A stretch of 64,000 bases of DNA from Phoronis australis (lineage: Eukaryota; Animalia; Phoronida): positions 1,070,536 through 1,134,535 of the forward strand of contig NMRA01000013.1 of NCBI GenBank assembly GCA_002633005.1. The letters are read 5' to 3'. The position numbers and the translations under genes were made by a program. Shown here piece after piece: positions 13,501-27,482 of the stretch (position 1 is its first letter; every line of letters starts with the position of its first letter). The notes under the pieces were generated by a model. The model had not been told where the DNA came from and ran no database searches. It saw nothing but the letters and a program-made list of their open reading frames with translations.

Positions 13501-15749
13501 TAGTTGCAAAATATTTCATTTTACGGCTGAAAGTAAAAATAGTGTAACATATAAAATGCTTCGCTTCGCGTATATCCGTGTACATGTACATTACGGTCAG
13601 TCGTTGGAGGGAACTCAATACAAATTTATAATGAAACTGAGCCTTACACATCTGGGTAAAAAAATGTACAACTTCAACGTTAGGAGACATCAGAGTGACT
13701 TGGTGTATTAAGCAAAACAGAAATGAGTTCCACTGTGATCACAGTATACTTAACCACAAGAGATGCAAGAATTGTTGACTCATTTCGTATGTCAATTGTT
13801 TGTGACCGTAGCAAAATTAGCTCGAAGCACTCGATATTTGCCATTGCGTGAAACAGGATGTCCCAAGGTAATAGTCAATATACGTTTAATTTACCCTTCA
13901 TTATGACGACTTGTCGCTATACTGACCACATTGTCACAGGAGACGATGTCAATTAACATCGTCAAAATTACACAATAGAAAAACTTTGCCAGAACCTCAT
14001 TTATCTGAATACATTTGGTCACTCACCCTTGATAACCAACGGTTTCACGTCGTTGTTGTGGAGTTCATTGGCGACACCTTTGCGAACACTTAACATAAAA
14101 ACAGCGTTGACAAAACTTAATATGTTCTTGTACGTAAACTTAATTAACGGATGCGCCAAAGTGAACGATTCTGTCAACAATGTTCCAATAGCACACTGAG
14201 GACAGAGCTTCTGTATCTTAACCCCGGCTTGCACGACCTTCAAATCACTGTCGAATACCACGTGATATGGCAGCACGTTGCAGAAATTCGTTGGCGATAT
14301 CCGAAGTTTCTCGGGATACTGGTAATCGACCACCGCAGGAATGGTCGGGTTCGGTGAATCTGTGACGCTGCGAACATCCAGACGTGACTTCACATCAGCG
14401 TCCATGACGTAAGTCACGTGGAACACAACGTGGGGTGGTAACCCTTCAGCGGCCGTGTCGTGCTTCTCAACGACTTTGAGTTCCACTGACGTATTAAACA
14501 ACTCTCTCGAAGCAGCTTTCACGACCCCTACAAATACGTGTACAGCCTAAAAATCATTTTTCCTTCTGAAACAAAAATGTAATCTCCAAACTCAAGATCC
14601 AACGTGGTTTAATTTGAGAGGCCTATTTCTTGTTTTACGTATAACTTAAATCATGTTTCTTTGTTTAAATACAAAACTGGTTCTTCCACATGCTATGGAA
14701 TACAAAGTATAGATGGGAGTCTCAGTTATTGGACAAAGGGTGCCTCATTGTGTCATTGAAATGGGCGTTTGTAAAAGAAGATACGAAACGAAACGAAACA
14801 GAAACGAAACACAAAGACGAAATCTTAAAAGTTGGTTTTGATAATATTTGAGTGCAGGAGGCAGAAACATAGGCCCAAGGCATAGTAATACTGTAAAACT
14901 TACACGTGAGCAGCCAGTTTTAGGGTATGGTTATGGAAAGTGACGTGTGTGAAATGTTTAGAAGCACGAAGCCCTGGAAATACGTTGATGGCACACCCTT
15001 CAGTAGATAAAGAAATGCAGTCAGGTGGCATTGTAATGATGCGTTGCCCCAAGATGAGTTTTGATGGTAAAATTTCACAATGTGACAGACACGAGAAACT
15101 TTATTTTTTACAGAAGATAAACTTCACCAAGTAATCGCTTTAGCCTTTTTTACATTGTGATACCAACGTAGCTACCACTGAGACAAATACATTTGCAAAA
15201 ACGTAACAATGTTAAAGACCTTTCATTAATGAGCAAGACTGGTTTTGGCATTTTTTATGGAATTGGTGAGATTTTAACGTATCTATGTTCAGAACTGAGG
15301 CAACTATTCGGAGACCCGGAGAGAAATAACAGTGAAGCATGTTCTACAGAATATTAGATCAAATATAATCGTTTTTCTGTACACACAACTCTTGCGCTCT
15401 TCATGGTGACAGAAAAATTCAGAATTACGAAAATCAATTTTTGAGTCCCCGCTTCTGTGTTTCGTTTATGATTCGTTTCGTGTTTGGCTTTACAAATAAT
15501 AATCACGGCTCGTATGGTTCAAGTTGGACTATATTCTTTCATAGTGGCCTGTATTACCTGGACTAAAGTCTCGGTTGCCGAGTTAGCACTAAACTTCGCA
15601 AATAGTAATACAACTGACTGCTCCTCTCACGTCTAATCAGGACTCCTCTCGGGAAAACAAAAATGGCCGTAAGTCGAGAAAACTCTAAAGTCATTTGTTA
15701 ATAATTTGGAAGGTTATAGTTTGTGAGAATTGATCAACATGGCGAGTGA

Positions 15750-15799
<50 letters not shown>

Positions 15800-18700
15800 A
15801 GTCTCATGAATCACTGAGAAGAGTAAACAATACTTTTGTTTGTTGAAATCCCGTAATTTGTGTAGACTATTACAGCCGATTTCATGAAGGTGGTGCAACC
15901 AAACCAGGCTTAAGACTTAAACCTGGTCTTCCAAAACCTGGTCTAATTTTAGACCTAACTTGCATTTCACCAATGTGCTTTAAAAGTCTGAAAGCCTGGT
16001 TTTGTTAGACCAGGCAGCAGGTTTAGTAAAACCAGGTCTAAAATATTCATGATCACCCTACTATGTCGATATGGATTAACCCAACAAAGAAACCTTGATC
16101 ATATGGGTATAAACGACACACTGACTGCAGTTCAATCAGGTTTTACTAGACCACTGGTCTAAAAGTTAAACCACTTTATGCAATGCTGATTATGTTTAAA
16201 CCTGGTTTAAGTACAATTTAAACCAGATTCAACTCTAAACGAACTTTAGGAAGTCGGTTGTTAGTGTCCAAATTCGATGTACGGCTGCAGCTGTCTGAGC
16301 CGTATAGTGTGGCCTAGTTCAGTGATGAATATCGACAGCTTACCAATGACAACGGGATACATTCCTTGTCGGTAGGAGTAGTAATGCAACATCAAGGTGC
16401 CGTCTGGGTTAGTTTCGCACCTTTGAAAAAGAGATTTCATTCATGTCATTACTCAAATGCTTGTATGCTCTCTTCGACAGATTACACGAATCCCCATTAT
16501 GTTACATGTACGGTGTGTTACCAAGAAGAACACTGGTTTTGTTTCTAAAATTTCCAAGAACGTTCTCTTGAATCACTAGCTGAAGCGATGTCGACACTTA
16601 TGATCTCATAAATGTGTGACAGGTGAAATCGATTCTGGGTTGATGACGTAATTTGTAATGATAACTAATTCCATATTTTCGACGAAGCTGTATTTTTCAT
16701 TTTATATTCTTTTGTACACGACTTGCAAACAGCTTTCTACTGACGCCTAAATCACAATCAAGGTCCATATTCAAGAGTTGACTGTGTTACTGTCTAAAAA
16801 AAATTTTTGGTCACTTAGTAAATGCCAACTGAATCTCATATGCAAAAAGTTATTTAGTTGTGCAAATTAAAAAAGAATCATCAAAATCGGACAATGTTTG
16901 AGAAATTTATGCATGTTTTTGTCCATGAATTCCATGCATTTTTAGCGTTACGAGTGGCCAATTTAAATATAACAATTTTCAACTGTCAAGAGTAGAAAAG
17001 ACATTTATTTTATCAAGAAAGCAATTGCTTAGATATGACTGGGAATAACTTGAGTCATTTTCAGAATCCATTAGATGAAGTTGTGCTTAATCATTGAGAA
17101 ATGGTAGGGTTCATCATAAAAGAGGCACTCGTTACGAAATATGTAAATTTTATGTGTCTACCCTCACCTACAGCAAAGAAGGTTAAAAACCAAAGTTCAC
17201 ACTCTGTAATAAAAGAATTGCAGAACATGTTAGCCTAGGCAACACAGCCAATTATTCAATATCTAAACAAACCAAAAGTTTGGATATTGACTGGGTTCTG
17301 CTATGTTGAAAATGGGCCAAAAGGCTAACAAAATGTAGTGTACGTACCCCCATGTGGAATTCAGTAACACAAATGGTCACTGCAAATGAAATTATTACCT
17401 CTTAAATAACAACATGGGGCTTATTATCATCAAAGAGAAATACATGGCCATACAACATTATATTACCATGTGGTGCAGAAACAGTGATGTAGTGTACCCC
17501 CTTTTGTAGTGTACGTACCCCCATGTTTACAAATTCCATGAAATTGAAATATCACTTGGTAAGTGAGCAATATTTGTCATAGACAGTTTCCTTCCTTAAA
17601 ATGTTAGGTTAAAAGGGTGTTTATTGCAAATACAATTGTTTTGAGAGAAATATTAGCATTTGTGTAGTGTAGGTAGCCCTAAATTTTAATTTGTGCCTAT
17701 TTTCAAAGTATGGCAGATATGCACATGAATGCTGTGGTTTTTGATTTTTCTCTTTGAATTGATTTAGTAAATCAACTAACTTTCAGTAGATTCTTTGTAT
17801 TTAGTTGCAAACCTGGCATGTCATTGAAATGTAGTGTACATATTCCTGTGTAGTGTACGTACCCTGATGTGAATAAATACCATGAAACAAAAATATTACA
17901 TAGTAAGTAAGCAACATTTGTCACAGACAGTTTCCTCCATTAAAAATGCTAGGTTAAAAGAGTGTTAATTACAAATACATTTGTTTTGGGTGAAATATTA
18001 GCATTTGTGTACAGTGTACGTACCCCTATATTTTAACATGACATGTGCCTGTTTTCAAAGAATGCTGTATTTTTTATTTGTTCTCTTTGAATATTGGTAA
18101 ATTAACTAGCTCTCAGTAAATTTTAATTATTTTTTATAAACCTGAAAAGTCATTGAAATGTAGTGTACTTACTCTGTGTAGTGTACGTACCTTCAACCTC
18201 TGTGCTATATAGTATTGCCCCCAAGAATTTTTGAATACTGCTGTTCTCATGAACAATACTGATATTTTCAAAATGAATCCAGTCTGACTAAAAAACAATG
18301 AACATTATCAAATTTGTGGACAATAAAATGCCACACAAGAGTTGGACAATACTTAACATCCTAGAAGATACATGTACGTCATGTGGAAACTGATGTTGCA
18401 GAGGCAGGTTCTCTATCTCTCAACACAACTTGCAACAAACCAACAAGTAGAGGCAGCACAAAACTCGAGACCATCCCATATATTTGTAACTTAGTCAAAA
18501 TTTGACGTTGATTGACTGTGCGTAGTGTACGTACCCCCCAACCAGTACCATGTTTTACTGTTTACAAGCGGAACAATGTGCCTAGCATTGCAAATAACTA
18601 TTTTGACCAATTGGTGAATGTATTGGAAACTAGGAAATAACACCAATAAAGTTTTTGAAAAAAGTAGTTACTTGTCATTTTCTTTTTGTAAGAATCATAT

Positions 18701-21700
18701 TGCAAGAGAGGAAGTTCTCATTATACTGTGTTAAGATATGCAATGTATCATCATCTAGAACAACTTGATCAGCACGGTAATAACTTTTTCTTACTTAAGT
18801 ATGTGATAATTCTTCAATTTAATCAAAAACTTAATAAATTAACAGCCACCTTACGAATTTTTGCATGGTAGAAGTGTGCTGTGACCGCAAGTTGTAGTGT
18901 ACGTACCCTTTTATACAACTGTGATGCAATAGGCCATAAAATTTTATTCGGTGGTTCTTGTGCAAAAATATTTTAGATTACAAACATGGAATGATGGTTC
19001 TTTAAAATAACCCAGCTTTTACAGTTACATGACAACCTTTCTTTTTTCACCAAAAGTGGCTACCGAATATGGACCTTGATTGTGATTTGGCCGTGAGCAC
19101 GATTTAGAAACTGATTTGTTTAGCCAGGCATCTTATCAAAATTTTCTGAAGTCTTCCTTAACCTCGGCAGTTGTGATAATATACTAACAAGAGATTGCAA
19201 CAAGAGTTCTAGGAATCTAACAAGAGGAAGAAATTATTGAAACCAGTTGCTAAGCGGCAAGAGGACTTCTTGACGACGTTTAACACGATATTCCCATAGT
19301 ACAATGTCGTAGAAGTACGAAGCAGAACAGTGATATTTTTCTACGTACTTGCAAAGTGAAGAAAGGTGCGGAGACAATGGAGCCCAGAATTGATCCCAAA
19401 CTCGACAGGTCCAATACCTTTCGACCACGTACTCATTTGGAACACAGTCAAGAGAACTTTCGAAAACGTCAATGTGCTGCCAAATGACCACATCTTGTAC
19501 AAGGTTATATCATTAACCCAGAACCTCGGGTATTTCTGTGGCCTCAACTTTCATTATTAGTTGGACGTTTTCTGCGCTCTGCAAGTCACGTGACTTTTCA
19601 AACTGAAGAATGATTGGCCCAATGCCAGAAATAACTGACAACGCTAGAGCGCATGTGCAGCAGACAGCTAGCTATTCCCGCAAAGAGTTACACGCAACTG
19701 AGAAGGGGTTTCCGAGGAATTTTGATCTAGAGAGACAAACCTGCAATTTGCCGATAATTAGCGAGAAAAACCCGTAGTTGCATTATGCTGGATGTTGAGA
19801 GATGCGTGAAAATTTTTCAGTGTTCATTGAAGTTTGAATTTTACCCATATTGATGGCACCTACACAACCAATCGCGCGGAAGGCAATATTTGTGCGCAAT
19901 TTCATTTTCAATTATAATCTGTGGAGAGTTTAATTCAGTTCGCTTGGTTCCCGATAGCGGAGGTAACGAAAAGTGTAACCTAGATATCACAAATGCAGTT
20001 TTCGTGCCAATTTTCCGAAAAAAATATCGGTGTCCACTAGGGGGTGTTGAAAACAACGGGTTGGCAGCCAGAAATGTAAAAAGTAGTCACTTATTGTTTC
20101 GTGGTTCGTAGTGCATTTTCAAGCTCTAATGAGGGTGATTTTGGTCGGAATGTAAATGCCCATTCCCATTTCATTGCAACAAGCGGTTGATCATGTATTT
20201 GCTAAAATTTTGAATTGCACAGAAAGCACTTCATGAGACCCAGCTAGGTAAAGGTTGTACTGGTTCTTTTTAACAGTATGTTTTTGTTTTTTTAAATTGA
20301 TGCTGCCCTTGAAGGTCGATTACATTCAGTAGAAAACAGAAAACATACCCACTAGCTGATCTTGGATATCAAGATGGGGCCCCGGACCGAAATCAATTTT
20401 CAAAGGACAAACCCTCGTGATAGCCTCGCGAGGGGGAGGGGGAGTGACGTTAATTTTCGAAGTAGACCCTACAAACTTTCTTGACAGCCCTGAAAATGAC
20501 ACGTCGGCGCTGTTTTTATCGTGCGCATAGGGGAGACCTGGGCCACCTCGGACCCCCTCAATCCACCTATGGATGGCGTTAGTTTCAAAACCTCCTTCGT
20601 CCATTTGCTTGTGAAACGCAAACAAGGTAATTGTCCTCTGACCTAGACTGTGATTGGCAAATACTCACACGACGATCGCCACATTACGGATGACCTACAG
20701 TAGTTCAAGAATTTCTGGTGTTGCGTGCGTCTGAAATTCGCCCACTCATGCCCAGGTAGTGGTCGCCCCCGAGGGGAAACTTGAAGCTACGGAGATACCC
20801 GAAGTTTTCCGGTTGGGTTTGATTGTGACCAATCCAGGGCTGAGTTAATTCCGTAGACGCAATAATCTCGCGAAGGAAGCTAGCCCTATGTCTATAGTAA
20901 AAATAAATACAAAATACCAATCGAAGCTCCTGAGTATTATCCATTCATTGGGAAACGTGCTTAGAGCAAAAAGAGTCACTGCTGCGCAATTGAGATGTCG
21001 ATTCTATCATAAAGCTAATGACGCTAAGCTTTCGGTTTCCAGTACCGAAGCAGTCCCCAGTGCAAAATTTAGAACTACTTATGGGATAGCGATCAGAGGC
21101 CAGTGAATAGACATTGACAGTTGCTATGAGTGTAGCCCGGGGACGAGAAGGGTAGCCTGGGAGGCCACAGGAGGGGAAGGAATGGGTAGCAATCGGGGAG
21201 GAGGCGTCGTTAGTAACTCTTCCTGGTAACGAGGGGCTCCCATAGCTTCACGTCCCGGCCACAAAAGTGGATCCGCCACTGAGAGCAAAGGCAGGTCATC
21301 ATACATGCGGAATCTTCAATCTTGTAAACAGAAAACATTGTTAGCACGCACTGGCATTATGGATTGGTGTAAGGCTTACCTGAAAGACGGTGCCTCTATG
21401 TTGGTATAGCTGAGAGCTAAGAGGGCATGTAGAGAATCAAGGTTCTGAATGAAGGTGGCGATGTTGTCGCCCAGTGTTTGCAGCATCTTGTCGTAACCCA
21501 CATTGCAGCAGTATTCGAAGAAGTATTCACCAAACGCTTCCAGAACACTGTCGACCGGTAACCCTATGGACGGGCAAAGAGATAAGTAAAGTGACGAGTG
21601 GAGGTCCTGAGAACGGACAGTCGACACATCTGTAACCTCCTTTAAATGGACGCTAAACCTGTTTTAGCGACTCTAAGCCCACCTTCCATCACAAAAACAA

Positions 21701-24700
21701 GTTTTGATTAAGACTACTAAATCCCATTTTTACAGAACATGCAAAGAACTAATAGTTCGTTATTCACCTTCCCACCATGCTCGCACATAAAATGACTCGC
21801 CGCGACAAGCCAAGTTCTGGAGCCTGGCCTCAACAATTAAAGAACTTTTATTTCTTTCAGAGTCCTGAAATCAACCCTGATTTGACTAAGGATCAATTTG
21901 AGATCAGTCTCATAACGGTAAGTGGTCTAAATCAAAAGTTGATTGCTGAGATGGAAGTTGGGTTCATTACCGCTTGAACTGACAAGATCATTGGCAAAGA
22001 ATTCAGTTAATAGCGGACTTTTCACATTGGCGCTCTCTAGAGTAATAAGAGTAAAAAAGGGATTCCCCCCGATCCCAAATCACATTCGGTGCACAGTAAC
22101 TCAGTCACATCACAGTGGTTCATTAATTTAAAAGCGGAAAAATAAATCCGACTGCCAATGCCTCCCGTTATTTGATTTGGCCGTTTTCAGTAATTTAGTT
22201 TAGCTTCTTGACATTGGCTATGATCCTGCTTTAACTTGTTTGCAGGCGCGGATTCTTCTCCGCAATTGCAAATGTATGGGGTGTCATATCCTTCATCCAT
22301 GGTTGTTTCAAGAGGTTTGCCATCCTCCGTAAGACATTAGTACATCCCACGCCATATCAATGAAAATTTCCCGCCGTTATGAGAGCAGAAAAGGTGTTAA
22401 GACGATGTTTGTAGGTTGAAACCACCCGTCCGAATAACATGGGATTTGTAGGTGGCGCTGAACGCCTGCCCACATAAGAAATGGTCGCAGTTAGTGACAG
22501 GAAAGTGATTTTCAATATGGCGCGGCTATTTCGAAAATCAGCTATTTTGCCGAATGATAATCGGCGATTTATAATAACGTCACAAAACACAACAATATTA
22601 CAGCTCTGACCAAAGCTAATAACTTGATATGAAAGCTATCATATCCAACAAGAATCCCGGCATGCATTTTTCTGACCCATTTAATTGTACAATTACACGA
22701 TTCCATCAGTTACGTCATTCTTAAAAGGAGGCTATGTTTGGTCTTTCGATCAAATGTCGACCGCTCGTAGTCGGCCAGCTACCACTTTATTACCCAGAAA
22801 CCGTTATGGACACATTTTGGAAATAGAATCCAAGAGATGTTCGTAATGGCCAAAGGAACAATAGATGATGTTTTGGGAAAGATGGCCATGTTTTGGGTTC
22901 GAGACGGTCGCTTGTAATGCGAATTAGTCGACAAACGTCATTTTGTTTATGATGTTATTTGGACAAATAAAGGAGTTATAAGCCAGTATAAAGGAGTCAA
23001 TATTTGAAACTACTATGGTAATGACATTTCAAATTTTGTTTCGTATTTTTTAAAGCCTCGCAGGCTTCGACTTTACCACTGCACCACCAGCACGTCAACG
23101 AAATCGAAGAGCTTTTAAACTTTTCCATGTCATCCGGGTTCTGACGTTAATAAGTAACCGCAAATATAAGCCACCCTGTGAATGTAAAACTTGAGTCAAG
23201 GCATAGCATTCCGCCATCATCCTATTGCACAAAAGTTGTTTTTGAAATTCTAAAACGTCCATTGGTTTTCAATACACCTCATTTGCGCAGACTTAAGCGC
23301 ATGCATGCTGCGCGTGCTGACACGCAGCTTGCGATCGCATTGATCAACCAAAACGAGATTAAATTCTGTAGATTGTTTTGTATGAAAACGGCCATTGTAC
23401 GACCCATATACATGATATCGATTGTTCCGTTGTCCGTGTCAAGGACGTTTTTTCAAAGTCTCTCCACAATGTTTAAGAATAAACGGTAGGTGGCTGACCC
23501 AACGAATAATCGACATACAATCGAAGCCAATTATAGCTTTCTTCCATGAATTACTTTGTAAATACAATTATAAAACACAATTATTTACTTTCACCCTAGC
23601 TCGGTTTTTTCAGACGCCAAAAATATGATAATGATCTCGGTGAAAGTAATTAATTTTTGCGCTCAGTGACACGCTGGAGGCGCAGTGGTAAAGTCGAGAG
23701 TTTCAAAATGAGAGAGACCGGGTTCGAATCTCGGTGAAGCAATTGTAACTACAAGAAAGATTTGTAAAGGAAACTTTAAAACGGCGTTACAATGGCAGTG
23801 GTCAATATTGTGATTTATGGACTCTTTCTTTAATAGTGGCTGATACCTTCTGTCTAAATCAAATAGTAATATTTAATTACCCTAATTGCTATTTCAATTG
23901 GTTTGCCTTTTCGTTTCATCTGTAAACGTGTTGAAATCATTTCCGTGTTTAAAGCGGCTACAAGCCCACTTTTCATCACAAAAATATTTTTTTGATTTAG
24001 ACCATTTACCGTTATGAAATTAATCATCAAATTCTCCCTTTGACGAAAAGCTGACAGTTTGTTGTTGTTTGAGACCAGGCTCTGAAAGTTGGCTTGTCAC
24101 TTGTGTCCATCAGTGTGGTCTCGAGGAATGACGGAATGTCAGTTATTTGCAAACCAAGAAATCAGTTCTGAGTAAGGAGCAACTAACCCCGATTTTATAG
24201 CAGAAAGTGGATAAAACTAAAGTTTCGTTTCTAGGGCGGAACGAAGGTTTATGGCAGCTTTTAAAGGCATTTTAAAACGTTAATGAGAAACCAAATTAAT
24301 GTCATTCTCTTTGTTCCTAAGAATACAATTTAGAATTGGAAATTGTAATAGTAAACCAGGTGCCGTAGCGTATCACCGACTTAAAATGATGTCTATTATT
24401 TAACGCTATACAATACTCGATTTGGCAACCTTCAGGTCGCCATTGCGATTTCAAATGTGCTTGGCGACCTGGAAAAAATACCAAGTCGCCACGAAGTCGC
24501 CAAAGCGAGTATCAAACTCAGACAATCATTTCCCCGAAATTCGTTTTAATGTTTGTGGTGAATTCTTAACTTTAAATTACTAGACGCGACACCTTTTGTT
24601 CAAAAATTTGTGGTGAATTCCTAACGTTAAATTACTAGACACGACACCTTTTGTTCACAATTGCTCCGTTTATTTCGTCAAACACGTGCTTAAATTACAT

Positions 24701-27446
24701 CATGAAGTAAACAGACAGAAGTCGGAATTGTTCGGCAAAGCTCGGGAAACATCCAGTGTATGGACCGTCCGCGTTCTATCTTCGTTGTCCGAAGGAATTG
24801 ACTTTTCAATTGAATGGTGCATACGTGCGTTTTTATGAGGAGAAATTTGGGAAAGCATGCGTACGTTGCTGAGAACGGGAGACGGCACGAACTTTTTTAT
24901 TCGACGATTTTGACGTAGTTGTTGGCGACCTCAGATTTCGTTTGGTAAATCGTCAACCTGAGCGTCGAGCACTGTTAGTATACAGTTGTTAAGTACGTGC
25001 TGTTTTTTAGAGAGGTATGAGTTCTTTTTCCGTAGTAAGGGTTTTGCAAAGGTTCGAACGCCACCGCTGCACATTTTATAAACAGCCCAAACAGAACGCG
25101 CAACTAAATGCGCTGTACTGGGCTGCGTTCGCGATATCTCGTGATGACTTGCGCGAATTTGTGTTTCGGCGAATATACGCAAAGCATCACAGGTGTACAG
25201 TACAATTGCCATTAAAAACGGTGTAGTGGCAAAAAAGATGAATACATGTAAGCATCTTATGACGAAAATAAGATAATCGGCAGGTAAAAAGGCTAGGTGG
25301 TAACGTATTTTCAGAATGTGGTTTACCAATTAACATGAACGCATCCTGTTGACATCGCAATCACATTCTATTTTTTCCAGTAATTTATTCATTTTGTCAC
25401 AGTTATCATAAGTATCCCTGCAAGTTGCATAGTACTTCAAGCCACTCAATAAGCGTACTTGTTGCATGACAACAGTGACTACGAAGGATTTGATGATTTG
25501 AGTTGCCACCAGACACCTGTTTTGCTCCTAGGCGCTGATTATGCAACTGCATTAGTAAAATTCGCCAATTCTTTTTGTTCAATTTCTAGATACACGAGTG
25601 CAAACTTATCTCCCAGCCCTGCAACAAAGGCCTAAGGCCTGAGCCAAACGGGGAATGTTCATATTTATTGGCGCTCTCTATATAGTAATTAGAGAGCACG
25701 AAAGTGACTTCCGATTGATTCCGTCTCAGATTTTGTGGTCAGTGAAATATATAAGCCCATTATTAAATTCCACTGCCAGCCCCTCCCATTGTTTGATAAG
25801 TTAAAGTTCACTAATTTATTTTAGCGTTTTGACACAGGCTGGGATCGAAATTCCCCCGCTTTATCGGCGACAGCCTCTGGCTTTGTCGCGGATACAGCTT
25901 AATTCCCAGTGGGACATGTATGGGACAGGACGTCCTTGCTCATCAATTGATATTTCAAAAGGTTTGTCTTTTTTGTAAGACATTTCTACACCCCACCGCC
26001 ATTATAAAAGCAAGAAATGTATTAAAATTCCGTTGATACTAACAGGTGGCGCTGATCGCCTGTCCACCAAAGACCTGTTCGCCGTCTGGCGGGTTAGTGA
26101 AGACGAGGCTATTTGGAAAATCAGCTATTGGACGGAAAGCACAAGTCAAATATGATTCAAACTCTGAAAATTGATCTGACGTTAGCCAACCTTTTCGCGT
26201 GTTTCAAAGATTTTCGAGGTTACGTCCGAGTTCTCAGTTATTCCGCTGGATAACAATAACAGTCGCCGCTAACTGGATATGTGGACTGTGAATGCGTTTT
26301 TTTTACAAATTTGCCGCCCTTAGTTCGTCGTCTGGCCAACTTTTCACCTAACTTTCGGCAGACAGAAGTTGGCGGAGAAAAGTGTGTGTGTGGACACTTT
26401 TTCACGGTAAAAGTTGGTCCCAAGTCGGACTGACTGAAGTCTGAGGAAGGCTGCCAAGGCTGCTCTTTTCAGATCACTCAAGATCAACATAGGATCGTCG
26501 CGGTTAGTGACGTACGAGTAAGTGAGTGGCCTTACTAGCATACGCTTGCAAAGTGAAAGCAGGCCATGACGTAACTGGACGGCCAGTCGGAAATATACGG
26601 GGAAGTACTCGCCATATTGTTTGTTATAAATCGAGACTTCTCACTGTATGTGTCTCGCGAGTGACCAAAGTTACAGAACGAGATCCTGCGTGCGTTTCAG
26701 TGCTAACATACAGAGCAGCAAATGCCCGGATGCTCCTTGACAAATACATATGCAGGCAGAGAGACCTTTTCTTTGCAAATACTGGCTACGACGGAAGTAA
26801 CACCGCGTTCAGATGACGTTTGATCAGAAGGCAAATTAGTCGCTTAAAACGAACATTCACAAAGGCATCTTATCAGTGGTCTTGACATAACATTAAAGTA
26901 CGAAATGTTAAAAAACGGTCAGTCACATGTGATCACCATGGACGAACACAGTCAAACGAAAAGATACGCCGCTGAATGTAGACAACTTCTCACCGTAAGA
27001 AAGCAGGTCTGGTGGATTACAAGAAGTTAGATCAGACGCAAACATTCACGTGTGAAAACACTTTCAGCCGGCAGATCAGGTATCTGATTTGCCTTTTGGT
27101 CGGAGGCATATGATCGCTGCATTAAAGTGGCATAGAACGTAAAAAACAGACAAATTGCAGTATTCAAAGTGGTTCTCTGCCACTGAAGTCAAATTGTTCA
27201 CCAGTTATTTTTACGGTTTGCTCGCAAAGATTTTGAATTTTTTTCTTTTAATTTCAAAAAATGATCTGTCAACTGCTCGTCACTTAGTCGATTTTTGTCC
27301 CACACGGCAAAGCACCACACCTTATTTGGTATAGCAAGACTTATAGACGTAGCACATGGAAAATGTGACCGACCTTTGACTTAAACAAAACAATGACGTT
27401 TTCAAGCATAGCTAGTTCGACTTCGTTCAGAGCATGCGCGTATATA

Positions 27447-27482
<36 letters not shown>

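Noticed and set aside
17334-18908. CRISPR array
   Set aside because: Repeat only 16 bp, spacers 140-350 bp and partly duplicated, no cas genes, and the context is an animal intron inside a TIR element
19234-19560. Coding-like segment in an intron
   Set aside because: Interrupted by stops and no motif I can identify
23667-23740. Functional tRNA with UCA anticodon (Sec or suppressor)
   Set aside because: Anticodon and acceptor stems do not pair and there is no long variable arm; related degenerate copies indicate a SINE
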